From: Paraspadella gotoi | Taxonomy: Eukaryota; Animalia; Chaetognatha | Assembly (NCBI GenBank): GCA_051294375.1 | Contig: CM119267.1 | Location: 9,791,458 to 9,855,457 of the forward strand | Direction of reading: 5' to 3' | Length of the DNA stretch: 64,000 nt | In this document: positions 11,763-22,355 of the stretch, in pieces | How positions within the stretch are numbered: position 1 is the stretch's first letter | Layout: each line of letters opens with the position of its first letter | The notes under the pieces: model-generated | Seen by the model: the letters and a program-made list of their open reading frames with translations, nothing else | Databases searched by the model: none | What the model was told of the DNA's origin: nothing | Program-made: the position numbers and the translations under genes

Positions 11763-13813
11763 CTAATCTGCCAAGGGAATTTCTCGCTCCTGCACGAAAA
11801 CGGTTTCCTGAGGAAAGAGGCCGGCGATCTTGAGTGTCACGTCGCTGTCCATGTAGGAGAGCTTCTTCCGCGGAAAGTTGGTGAGAAGTTCGAATCGCTC
11901 GGAAGAGAAGCCTTTGCTCTTCACGTAGAGCGTGAGAGCGAGAAGAGAGGAATCGGCGGGAATTTCGAGTTGATCCCGTTGACCGTCGGGAAGTCGAAAT
12001 ATGATTTTCGTTTTGACGTCTTCGTTGGAACCGACGTGACGCTGCCATTCCCGATCGTCGTCGGGAATAGAATCTTCGACAGCGTTCACTTCCGGATTCG
12101 AGGATCCAGCGACGACAGCTTCACCGCAAGGCGGCGAGGCGACGTCCGCCGAGCTCACTCTCGCACTCTCTGTCACGTCGTCCTCATCGTCGGAGCTAGA
12201 AAACGTCTCTAAATCCTCGTCCGTTTCGGCGCCATCGTCACTCTCAGTCGTTTCTGTTTCGCGAGGATGCCGGATTTTCGAGGGGCCGTCAACATCTTGC
12301 AAAGAGGCGCGAATAGCGGCTTGCAGTTGGTCGTCCTCGCTCTCGTCAACTAGACTTGTCAAGAGTCGGGGCTTTTTCGCGTCCGAAGGGTCTTCAGCAA
12401 CGGCCGAACCAATCTTTCGCTTGGAGGAAGACGCCGCGGACGTAGTCGGGTTAGGCTCGACATTGTCGACGTGAGAATGCGCGGATCCGTCGGGTGATGG
12501 GTGCTGGCGAAGAAACTCCGTGAGCGTCTCGCAGAAGGAGAGAGGATCAAACTTGTTAAGAGTCAAAAGGCGTTCCCCCGTCCGTGGATCCAAAATCGCG
12601 ATGTATGGGTATTGGGATATCGGGTAAAATTGCTCGTACTTAACTCCCTCGGAACTATCGTGATAAACCTTAAAGTTGAATAAAAATATGCATTAAGCCT
12701 TAGTGACTAAAAAAATAAGTGGAGAACAATTTTAATCTTGCATTGTTATTGTACCTGCCAGAACACGAAATGCTGCTTGACGAGTTCACGGATGGCGCCA
12801 TGACTCCATATGTCTCGATTAAGACATTGGCAAGAAAATTCCTTATGATTCTGCGAGGATATTTCATAAATAAAATAAATTTTATATCTTATTATAATCC
12901 ACGCAATAAATCCTACCTGAATATTAATCAGCAACCACATGTTGCCCCCCTTTCCTTCTTCCCTAGCGCCGAGGAAAGTTCCCGGATAAAGAAGGTCTAC
13001 AGGGGGACGGAACAGTTCCTCCAAGGTTTTTAGTTTTTTGGAAGGCTTAGCGCCGAATGAGGTGGCCGTGGTTGAGGGCGTCGACTCGGATTCTGACGTC
13101 GAGGTCTCCCCGGCCAACATAGCGCGTTGATGCTCCTCCGCCTCCCGCCGAAAATCGCGAAACCCATCGAAGACGGAGCTGATACGACCAAAGATTTAAC
13201 AAAGGATCAGCCTCAGGCTGCAAGAGTATGGTTGAGATGCTGGAGAAAAGGAGGATATTCGCATTGTCTCACCGGACTTTGGTGCTGGCGATGGACGGGA
13301 TCTTTCTAGAGTTAAGGATGACCGTGTCGTCGATGAGTTGTTCTCGTTTCTGAGGAATAGGCGCTCGGACAAAGTCTTCGTCGTCTTCCGGAGCCGGCGA
13401 TTCTTCAGAATGAACCTGTACAGAAAAGTCGAGGGATCAATAAATATAAGTAATAAAACATATTTGAAAATTTCACCTTAGATTTATTTTTTCGCTTGGA
13501 GTTATTCCTTTTCGGAGAGCAATTCGAGGATCTGGGTCTGCTCGCCTCTCCAACGTCGCTGTCCAGATACATGCCTATCGCTATATCCAGTTCCATGTTA
13601 CAGGCTTCCAACATATTACGGGCGACTTCCTCTGAGGCTCCTGCAAATTAAATTCAATTTAAGTCGGAGCACTTGTTTTTCAATTTAAAACTGCGCCGAA
13701 AAATAAAAAAATGAAGACAAACCCGTGACAGAAATAAATTGTGAGTAAATGTCGTCCTCAGCGCCGCTTGGGCCTTCGCAGTCTGTCTTAGATTTTTTGT
13801 TCTTCGCAGACAT
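11763..13813 (-). CDS. UBXN7: UBX domain protein 7 (UBA-UAS-UIM-UBX p97 adaptor)
   Basis: N-terminal UBA-like FISVTGASEEVARNMLEACNMELDIAI; VRAPIPQ; KTLEELFRPP; FSCQCLNRDIW (UAS); EDDQLQAAIRASL (UIM); FRLPDGQR...ELLTNFPRK...AGLFPQETVFVQER (UBX). Confidence 0.95.
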
Positions 13814-13929
13814 TTTCCTTATTTCTGTATAACCAAAAATAACTTAATCCGAATAACAAATTATCGACTAGTATAATCACGACGAGACCGCGGACGGAAC
13901 AATAAACAAGAATCGTGTAAACTTAAAAA

Positions 13930-16372
13930 TCATAATTTAGCTTTGGGAATGGCGGTGACCGGCTGAGACACGTCCATCGTAAATTCAGGGGGAACCATAG
14001 GGCGCAAAAAGGCGACAAGATCAAAGAGTCCCATCGCGTCCATGATTTCCATACATTGAGGCCGAGAGGGAGACTTTCGCGCTAAACCGGCAAAAATCAA
14101 AGCTTGCGAGGCATTGGCCAAAGTGTCGAGCGATAATACGTCGAACTGGGCCAGGCCGCGATCGAGCATGAATCGAAGGATTCGCGACTGAACGAGTTTG
14201 GCGTTCGACTTGGGATCTTGGAGCGGTTGGCCGTCGATCGTCATGTCGAGGAGAAAAACGGAGGATAAGTAATATGCTTCGAGGAAAGGAAGAAGGAGCC
14301 GATCGAGAAAACCTGTCAGTGGATGTTGTGGTACCATGACGAGGGTCGAAGCTACCTCGTCGAAATTTAACACTCCGTACGATGACAGAGTTCGAGCGGC
14401 CGCGCGGGAAAGAGAATCTAATTCCTCAGGAGGAAAAAGAAACTCTGGTTTCAACAACTGGCGAAGTCGTCGATGGCCGGCGAATACGACCGAGGCCTCG
14501 ACACCGGTATCACCGAACGTAGACAAAATCCTGACCAACAACGCCGAGTCGACCAGAAAATGCAAGGCTTGGTTCCGATAAATGGATAGTTGAACCATCC
14601 TCGACGCTCGCGCCAACAAGGCCGGGTTGAAAAGAGGAGACGGAGAGTCGGCACCAGGTTCCGCTATTCGAAGCACGACTCTCCCCGCGGAATTGAGTTC
14701 GACGGCGTCGGCGTGGAGGCGAAGTTCGCGGTCGACGACCGAATCGAGGGGGGTTGCTTCCACTTCAGCGTCGAAGGCGACCCCGACGCGTCGACAATAT
14801 TCGAGCAGCCTTTTCGTCTCCTCCTTCACGACGCTAAGAGGCACACCTTCGACGGGAGACTGGAGAAGGAGGGCTGCGATAATCGCGAAAGGGGAAGCCA
14901 CGAAGAGTCGCTGTTGGCGAAGCAACACTTCCAATCCTAAGACAATGAAAATATTCGAAAACATCTAAAAAAAAAATTGCCAAACGCTCTTTACTTTAGT
15001 CTTTACCCAATCGTTTCGAAGCCTTTATCTCATCAGGGGTCAAAGCGGAAACAATTCGAGGACGGAGATTGTAGACGGAGCGATCCACTCCGAAGTCGAC
15101 GAGGAGTTCCTTCGAAAACATAGGATCACCGAACATCACGCGAATTGTTCCGTAGTTTTCGGATAAAATTGATCGGGCTAAAAAAATTTTGAGGATTAAA
15201 ACATGAACGGACAAGTGGATCTTTTCCTCGAAGTTTATCTTCACCTTTAAACAGCCCAGAAGTAGACTCCTTCGGCTTGGGAATGCCCAGCAGTTCGTTG
15301 GCGTAGAGCGACTCTTCCAAAACTCGGTCGAAGCTGACGGCGACGGGAACGAGAACGACGTCGGGCACGCGACCTTTGATGACCAACTCCATCGCTGTCG
15401 AAAGCATTCCCAGCTTAGGAAGGAGGGATTTCCCCGTGCGGGACCGCGTTCCCTCGATAAAGAATTCCAACGGAAAATCTCCTGTATTCGAGAGGAAAGA
15501 GGAGTCGTTGAACGAATGGAATTGTAACGATAAAGTAGCCTCGCGTGGATTTACCCACCGTTCATAACGTGGGACTGGACGAATTCGGAAAAGATATTCC
15601 AGTAGAGAAGATCGGAGGCAAAGGAACGGCGAATAAAGAAACCGCCGCAATGACGAATAACGTTGGCAAAGAACTTCATGTTTAAAAAGTCCTGGCGAAA
15701 AAAAAGCGGGGAAATCTTACATCGATTCGGCAGAGGTCAAGTCCGGCCACGCGACGATACCTGAGCCGCGCAAATGACGGGACACGGCAACGAGTAGTGA
15801 AAGAGAACGAAGGAGAGCAGCAAAAAGTCCATGTAACTACGGTGAGATGGTACGAAAACGACGGGGTACTTGGTTACGAGCGCGTGGATTTTCTCCATCT
15901 GATCCGAGTTGACCGATACGCGTTCGTAAAGACACTTGAGCACTTTCGAGAAGAAATATCCGACGGTACGAACCCACTTCATCGATCTGAACAAAAAGGT
16001 CGGAGCGAAGAAATTAGTAGGATCGAGATCACCGTCCAAACGAACTTCCCCTACCTCGCGTGCGCCATTTCTTTGAGGATTTCTCTCGCCTCCTTGTCAA
16101 CTTCCTCAATCGCCCTCCCGCTCCGACGCGCTGCTTCCGCAACGGCCTCGCGGACCCGCGGAGAAGAAAGAACGGCGTCGCTAATTTCTTGAGGCGTTCG
16201 CTCCACGCAAGATTCGTATCGAGGCGGTGTCTGGCACTGATGGGGAACGCTGATTTAGTCGTTTTTGAACTAATTTTGTGTTTAATTTATATATTTTTTA
16301 AAATTTTTTTATAACCTGCATTACAAATCTTAAATCGCTCGCTCGTCGTCTCGGTTCAAGTATGTCGTCCAT
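13930..16372 (-). CDS. GNPAT: Dihydroxyacetone phosphate acyltransferase (peroxisomal, PTS1 -AKL)
   Basis: N-terminus [16 protein letters not shown]; acyltransferase motifs [18 protein letters not shown] and [12 protein letters not shown]; [15 protein letters not shown]; C-terminal AKL*. Confidence 0.95.
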
Positions 16373-16776
16373 GTTTACGTAAAAATTAAACTAGTAATTA
16401 AAAATAAAATCATTAAAAGGGAATCACAGTCGAGTGGTAAGCCAATGATAAATAACATTAAAAAAAATTAGATGACAAAAAATACCAAGAATTAGCATTT
16501 TAAAAGTTTGGCACGAAGCTTGAACATATACCACCAAAGTGTGAATTTATAACCGCGAGCAAAATTGAGGTGGAGTTATAGACCTTATTAACGCCATTGA
16601 ATATTCGATGACGATGACTATCTCAAAGGCATGGTTTTTTTTATTACAATGGCAGAAATGCACCAGGATTGACCAAAATTGAGAAAAATGATTTTAATCA
16701 ATTCTCATTCACCAAAAATAAACCCAAAAACATTTTTTAAATTTTTTTTTCCTGTAATTTCATTTCCTTCCGTAAA

Positions 16777-18320
16777 TCAGTTCTTTTCGCTTCTTCCTTC
16801 GGCCATCAACTTCTCAATTTCCTCCACGGTCCGCGGCACGTCCGTCATCAGTTCCATCCCGTCCTTCGTGATGACGACGTCATCCTCGATCCTCACTCCG
16901 CCGAATCCGCGGAACTCCTCGAGGCGTTCCGCCACAACGAACCGGTGGAGCTCGTTTTCCGGCGAAATGAGACGATCGATGTTGAAGTCGATGAAGTAGA
17001 CACCAGGCTCCACCGTGAGCACCATGCCTGCCTCCAGCACGCGCGCCGTCCGCAGCGAGCTAAGACCCGGTTCGTCGGGGCGGGGGACTCCACCAGAGGG
17101 GTACCCATGCACGTCGTGCACGTCCAACCCCATGAAATGGCCGAGGCCGTGAGGCATGAAGATGGCGCCCAAGCGAGCCGCCATCATTTGGTCGACGTCT
17201 CCACGCAAAATGCCGCCCTTCTTTAGGTCTTCCAAGATGACGCGCTCCGCCAGGAGATGCATATCCTTCCAGGAAACGCTGGGACGGAGTTTGGCCATGA
17301 CAGCGCGAGAGGCTCGAAGGACTGTCTCGTAGATGAATCGCTGGCGATCGGTGAACTTTCCGTTGGCCGGAAAAGAGCAAGTAATGTCGGACGTGTAACA
17401 GCAATACTCTCCTCCCATATCGAAGAGACACATGTCGCCGTCTTCGATGCGCTTGTGGTTGGGCTCTCCGGCGTGGCCGTAGTGAAGAGTGGCGCTGTTG
17501 TTGCCGGTCCCGCAGATACAAGTGTAGGACGTGTGCCGCATTCCCCCGTGGGTGTAACAGTAGTGGCAAAAGAGACTCTCCATTTGATACTCCATCATTC
17601 CCGGGCGTATACGCCTCATGATCTCCTTGTGGGCGTCGGACGAAACGCGATTGGCGAAGCGAAGAACCTCCAACTCCATATCGGTCTTGATTACGCGAAG
17701 TTCCGCGATGTTCGGGTGGAGAATTTCGTTGTTAACTAAGAAAAGTTCATCGTTGTGATAAAGCAAGCACCGTGTTATCACCGCTCCTCTACTTTGGATC
17801 TTAACTAACCTTCGAACGACGAGATGTTGGGAAACTTGGCTTCCATCGTCATTTTCTGGGAGTCAGTGTTCAAACCTCTCAACGTGAGCAGGAGCTTTGC
17901 CCCGGCGCTCTTAAGCCATTCCTCGATTTCATGGACGTACTTGACGTCATCGACGGCGTACTTGGTGCAGAAGTGGGCTGGCGGGTGAACTTTTCCCATC
18001 CACACTCCGTAAGACTCGGGCAGTTGAGGCATGAAAAGGGTGGTTCGACCCGACGCCACATCCACCACGCCGATAAACTCGGGTTCCGTCACTCCAAAGG
18101 TCCAATGGAAGTAAGACTCTTGACGAAAGACCGTCTCTCGGTCCGAGTCGTATACAGTCTGCTGCTCCCCGCCCTGAAGCAGCACGAACACCCCCGGCTC
18201 GGACATCCTTGAATCGGCCTGGCGAAGGCGCCGACAGAGTCGATCCCGATTAAGTTTGAACATCGCCATGGGCACCTTAAGGGTGTCTTTGCCCATGGAA
18301 AAAGAGGCGGCGGAAGCCAT
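16777..18320 (-). CDS. PEPD: Xaa-Pro dipeptidase (prolidase), 2 exons
   Basis: [13 protein letters not shown]; [18 protein letters not shown]; [14 protein letters not shown]; TVEPGVYF; GGVRIEDD. Single intron at about 17737-17808. Confidence 0.97.
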
Positions 18321-18947
18321 GACAATGAAAAGGTCGCAGGATTCTCTGTTTATTTTAAAATGAAGAGATTCGTACGAATAAATCACGACAGTCAGATTTT
18401 ATTCAACGGTTTTCTTACAATAACATGATTAAAAATCGCTTAATATTAAATCAAAAATTAATACATTAATTCCGCTTTATAAAAGCCATATTGTTAACAA
18501 TATAAATTTTTAGTGTAAACTCTAGGAGAGGACTATTCCGTCTACTGACTAGAATTAAAATAATAATAAATAAAAATATGAAATGAAAAGACAATCAATC
18601 ATATAACTAAAAAATACCGATATGAACAAGAAAAAATATATAAAGAAAATAATGGTGGAAAAGAAAAAGATCTAGTGCCACAGCGGAGAAACAAATTAGA
18701 CAATGTATTTAATCTTTCTAGAAAAAATTTTAAAAATATTATTGAAATAAAGTCGGGAGAACTAATTTTAAGAATTTGTAATAAATTTAATTAACAAATG
18801 CAAAACCTTGACAATAATCTAGGATTTAAATGAGAAAATTTAAGCTTTTAACAAGTGTGTTTTATAACATACTGAAAACATACCATTCAAGACGAGTCTA
18901 TCACAGAGATGAAATAATATAAAAAATGGATGCTTGATTCTAAAAAC

Positions 18948-19043
18948 TTTTTACTTAACCGATCTCTACCATTTGAAAAAAAATATTTTGTAATTTATTT
19001 TAATGGTTTGTCAGTTATTTTGTAGAGATCGGTTAAGTAAAAA
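18948..19043. repeat. 22-bp perfect inverted repeat with a ~52-nt loop
   Basis: TTTTTACTTAACCGATCTCTAC (18948-18969) and GTAGAGATCGGTTAAGTAAAAA (19022-19043). Confidence 0.85.
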
Positions 19044-19533
19044 TTTTGGCTGATGTTGGTAAAAACGAGAGCTTTCTTATTAAAAATTTAAAAAATTTAT
19101 AATCTCAATCGTTATGTAACATCGCAATCATGCATAAACCGTTAAACGTATGCACAAAACCTTAATTGTCAGACTTCAATACTTTTCGATATGTAATAAG
19201 ATTAAAGTGTCATTCCTCATCTCGCCAGAAATTGAAAATAAATAGCGATCAATGTTACATCTACAAAACAGATTAATAAAATAAAAGTTTAAAAAGAACG
19301 AAACGACGCTCGGAAGAGCGCCTCCTCATCAGGCTTGGATAACCGCATATTGTAAAAACTAATTTATAAGATCTAATTCCAAAAGTTAATATCTATATCA
19401 ACAATTAAGTTTATTGAGTTGGGACAAACATGACCGTTTGATTCTGGATGCAACAATTTGGCAAATAGTGTTAACATCAATAAACAATTGACAAAAATAA
19501 CTGTAACACTGGGGGGAAAAAAGCAGTAAGATT

Positions 19534-20828
19534 CTAAGCGTCGGTCGTAAACGTCTTTGCGTCCGCGACGACATGAGAAGTGAGAAACTTGGAACTCTTG
19601 GATCGAGCGAAGCCGAACCCTTTTCTCTTTTTGCTGCCATCACCGTGACCGCGTCGATGGCGACTTTTCCGAATCATTCCACAAAGAAGAGAAAACGCCT
19701 GACGCAGTTAAATATCCCGAGTTGCAATCACTTGATATTTTTTTTAATTGGTTTTCGTAAAAAGACTTACTTCAGAAACGTTCATCGGAGGACTCTTCGG
19801 GCAGGCTTCGATATAGTCCATTCCGAGTTGCGCCGCTATCGCTTTACCCTGAGCGGACGTGACTTTCCTGATGAAAATGGGACCGACGTTGTTGGCCACT
19901 GATAAAAGAAACCAGGCGTGGAACCATGATTACTGGGTTAGCTTTTTCACCACTCGACGGTACCCAATTCTGTAAATCAAATATTCACCCAATAACATCG
20001 GCGGCGGATGAAAAACGGAATGCGACTCGTCGTCGGGCACGAGAAGGGAATGTATTTGACGGTGTTTTTGAGCGAGAGACATGATTTGACTGCGAAACAA
20101 AAGGAAGTGACAATCCATTGTCTATAGCCTATACATTCAATCTCTCCTATATATATAGTATAAAGAATATATCAGTATATAATCAAATCTTTATCACGTC
20201 CGGACCTGTGAATCTCCGGAATTCGCTCAAAACTCTTCACGCTGGTCACAGAATAGATGAGTAAAAACCCATCGGGAAATTTTTCCTCCTCGACGTATTT
20301 TTTATTGATGGACTCCCACGTAATCGGTCTCCTGTCGGGATTGGAGGGCGACGAAAGATCCGTCGTCGACGAAGCCGCCGCCGCCAAACCTCGGTCGGTT
20401 ATGGCCTCATCAATCTCCGCCTCCCACGATTCCAGCGTCATCATCACCTGCTCCTTATTGACTTCGCGCTGCAGCGTGTACACGCTCTCAACTTCCGGGT
20501 CAAATTCGTCGCAGTCCTCCGTCAAAGCTAATTGTCCATATACATACTAAAAGTAAGAGGGAAGGAATTATTCCTCAGTTTTACTCAACGGGCGACATTC
20601 CGAAAAAAACCCCATGTATACCTGCAACACGAGTTCATTCTTGCCGAGTAGGTCGGCCTCCTCCACGGCGACAACGTGATAATGAGTCATCTTGCTCTCG
20701 TTGGCGCTTTCTTTCGCCGCGGCGCGACCGCAGGTAAAACCGTCTCCGCCGGGAGCCGCCGAGTCCACGAAAGCTTCATACTTTCGTCCGCGGCGTTTTT
20801 TTGCGCCGGAAAAAAACAGTTTTGACAT
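19534..20828 (-). CDS. Divergent Ras-superfamily protein with degenerate G-boxes (probable pseudoGTPase), 5 exons
   Basis: Ras-like layout HYHVVAVEEADLLGKNELVLQ|YVYGQ...FDPEVESVY...MTLESWEAE...DGFLLIYSVTSVKSFERIPEIH...PMLL|VANNV...RKVTSAQGKAIAAQLGMDYIEACPK...NVSE|AFSLL, then a basic tail with no CAAX motif. Confidence 0.75.
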
Positions 20829-21002
20829 GAGAGGCCACCTCCGTTTTTCGATCTTTGGTTCAGCTACTTTATGAGTAATCTCTTTGATTGACCCTTTTTA
20901 ATCGTATTTTTGTAAATAAAGGCACCGAGGAAAGTGTGCGCTGTCAAATCCTCAAACGGCTGAAAAACATAACGGGGAGAGTGATTTCAAAGGGATCACA
21001 GG

Positions 21003-22136
21003 TTAAAGCAAGTTATCACAGAACTTTACAAGACTCGGAACAACGCTCGATTTTAAGGAGATTTTGTCCAAAGAATCGACTATAAATCTTTCTCGTCTGC
21101 TACAATTAGCAGAATTTTTTTTTTGACTCAAGGCATACGTGGGATCATAGTGATTAATCAGTAAAGACGCCACAAAACCGTTCCAATCCTTCTCGTCGAT
21201 CAGTTCCAACCAATGTTGGAGAAACTCTGGTTTTGCCACTTTAGTCAAACTAAGTAAAGCAGCCTTGAGGGCCTCCGGATCCTGAACGAAGTAATCGTAC
21301 TCCTCCACTGTATGCCTTACCCTCTCTTTGAACGGCACCGAGAGTTCAATCCGAGGTGAGGTTCTCATTCGCTCAAATAAGCAATTGGGCACCAAGACGT
21401 TGCCGATCCTCCTGCTCTCCGACTCGATCCATACGCGGTCCGCCGACCCGAACGTCCTAAGTTGTTCCCAGAGGAGCGACTCGAACCTCTTCTGCGTCGG
21501 TTGAGGCTCGTCTGGGTAGCGTCCGAGAACCGATCCCTTGTGTTTGGCCAGCGCCTCCAAATCCAGCACCTTTTCGCCGCTCCTCCGTAGCTGTCGCAGC
21601 AGCGCAGACTTTCCGCTTCCCGTGGGGCCGGAAATGACTAACAACGACAACGTGGCCGAGAGCGACTCTAGATCCTCCCGCACTTTTTCTCGGAAGGCCT
21701 TGTAACCTCCTTCCATGACGTACACGTCGAATCCGACGTTAGCGAGGACGAGGGCGAGACTATGAGAGCGCATCCCGCCGCGCCAACAGTATATCAAAGG
21801 CCTGTAATCGGCCTTTTTGTCCACGAAGCGTTCATTGAGAAGGCGAGAGATGTTGGCAGAAACGAGAGAGGCGCCAGTCTTGTGGCCCTCGAAAACGTTC
21901 ACGGCGTGTTGTCGACCTACGACGGCACGCTCGAAGGAGTCGAGGACGGGCGCGTTAAGCGACCAAGGAACGCGGTCCTCGCAAAATTCTTCGTGTGTGC
22001 GGACGTCGATTGTTTCGTCGAACGACCGCAACAAACACTCTTCGACTGTGCAGATTTTGGGTATCTTTGGCTTGTCCGAAAATCGGACCACTGTGTTGAC
22101 AAGTCGGTTAAAAGTCAACGAGTGACGATTTAACAT
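21003..22136 (-). CDS. selU: tRNA 2-selenouridine/geranyl-2-thiouridine synthase (SelU/MnmH/YbbB-like), intronless, 377 aa
   Basis: Rhodanese domain IDVRTHEEF...PLIYCWRGGMRSHSL...EGGYKAFR; P-loop GPTGSGKS; LDLEALAKHKGSVLG; QPTQKRFES; WIESESRRIG; LLINHYDPTY. The likely start ATG at 22136 directly follows TTTCAG. Confidence 0.92.
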   Translation of the reverse strand: MLNRHSLTFNRLVNTVVRFSDKPKIPKICTVEECLLRSFDETIDVRTHEEFCEDRVPWSLNAPVLDSFERAVVGRQHAVNVFEGHKTGASLVSANISRLLNERFVDKKADYRPLIYCWRGGMRSHSLALVLANVGFDVYVMEGGYKAFREKVREDLESLSATLSLLVISGPTGSGKSALLRQLRRSGEKVLDLEALAKHKGSVLGRYPDEPQPTQKRFESLLWEQLRTFGSADRVWIESESRRIGNVLVPNCLFERMRTSPRIELSVPFKERVRHTVEEYDYFVQDPEALKAALLSLTKVAKPEFLQHWLELIDEKDWNGFVASLLINHYDPTYALSQKKNSANCSRRERFIVDSLDKISLKSSVVPSLVKFCDNLL

Positions 22137-22355
22137 CTGAAAGTACGACATAAATAATGAATCGTGTACCGATTTGTAGGGAAGGAAAGCTAATTCGATT
22201 ATTATAATTAAAAGACAAACGGTGAACGACAATGGATTACAAAAGGAAAAAGCTGAAAAAGGAAAAGTACTACCTAATCCTCTACTATGTAAAACCGAGC
22301 CGGTGGTTTTCACCGGGGAAAAAATTAAAAAAAAAAATTGTATAATCTTCTTCGT

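Noticed and set aside
21003-22313. SelU ORF as bacterial contamination, or a 436-aa protein starting at 22313
   Set aside because: It is tightly flanked by spliced animal genes of similar composition. The extra 5' ORF part starts at GTG and is AT-rich spacer upstream of a TTTCAG acceptor.
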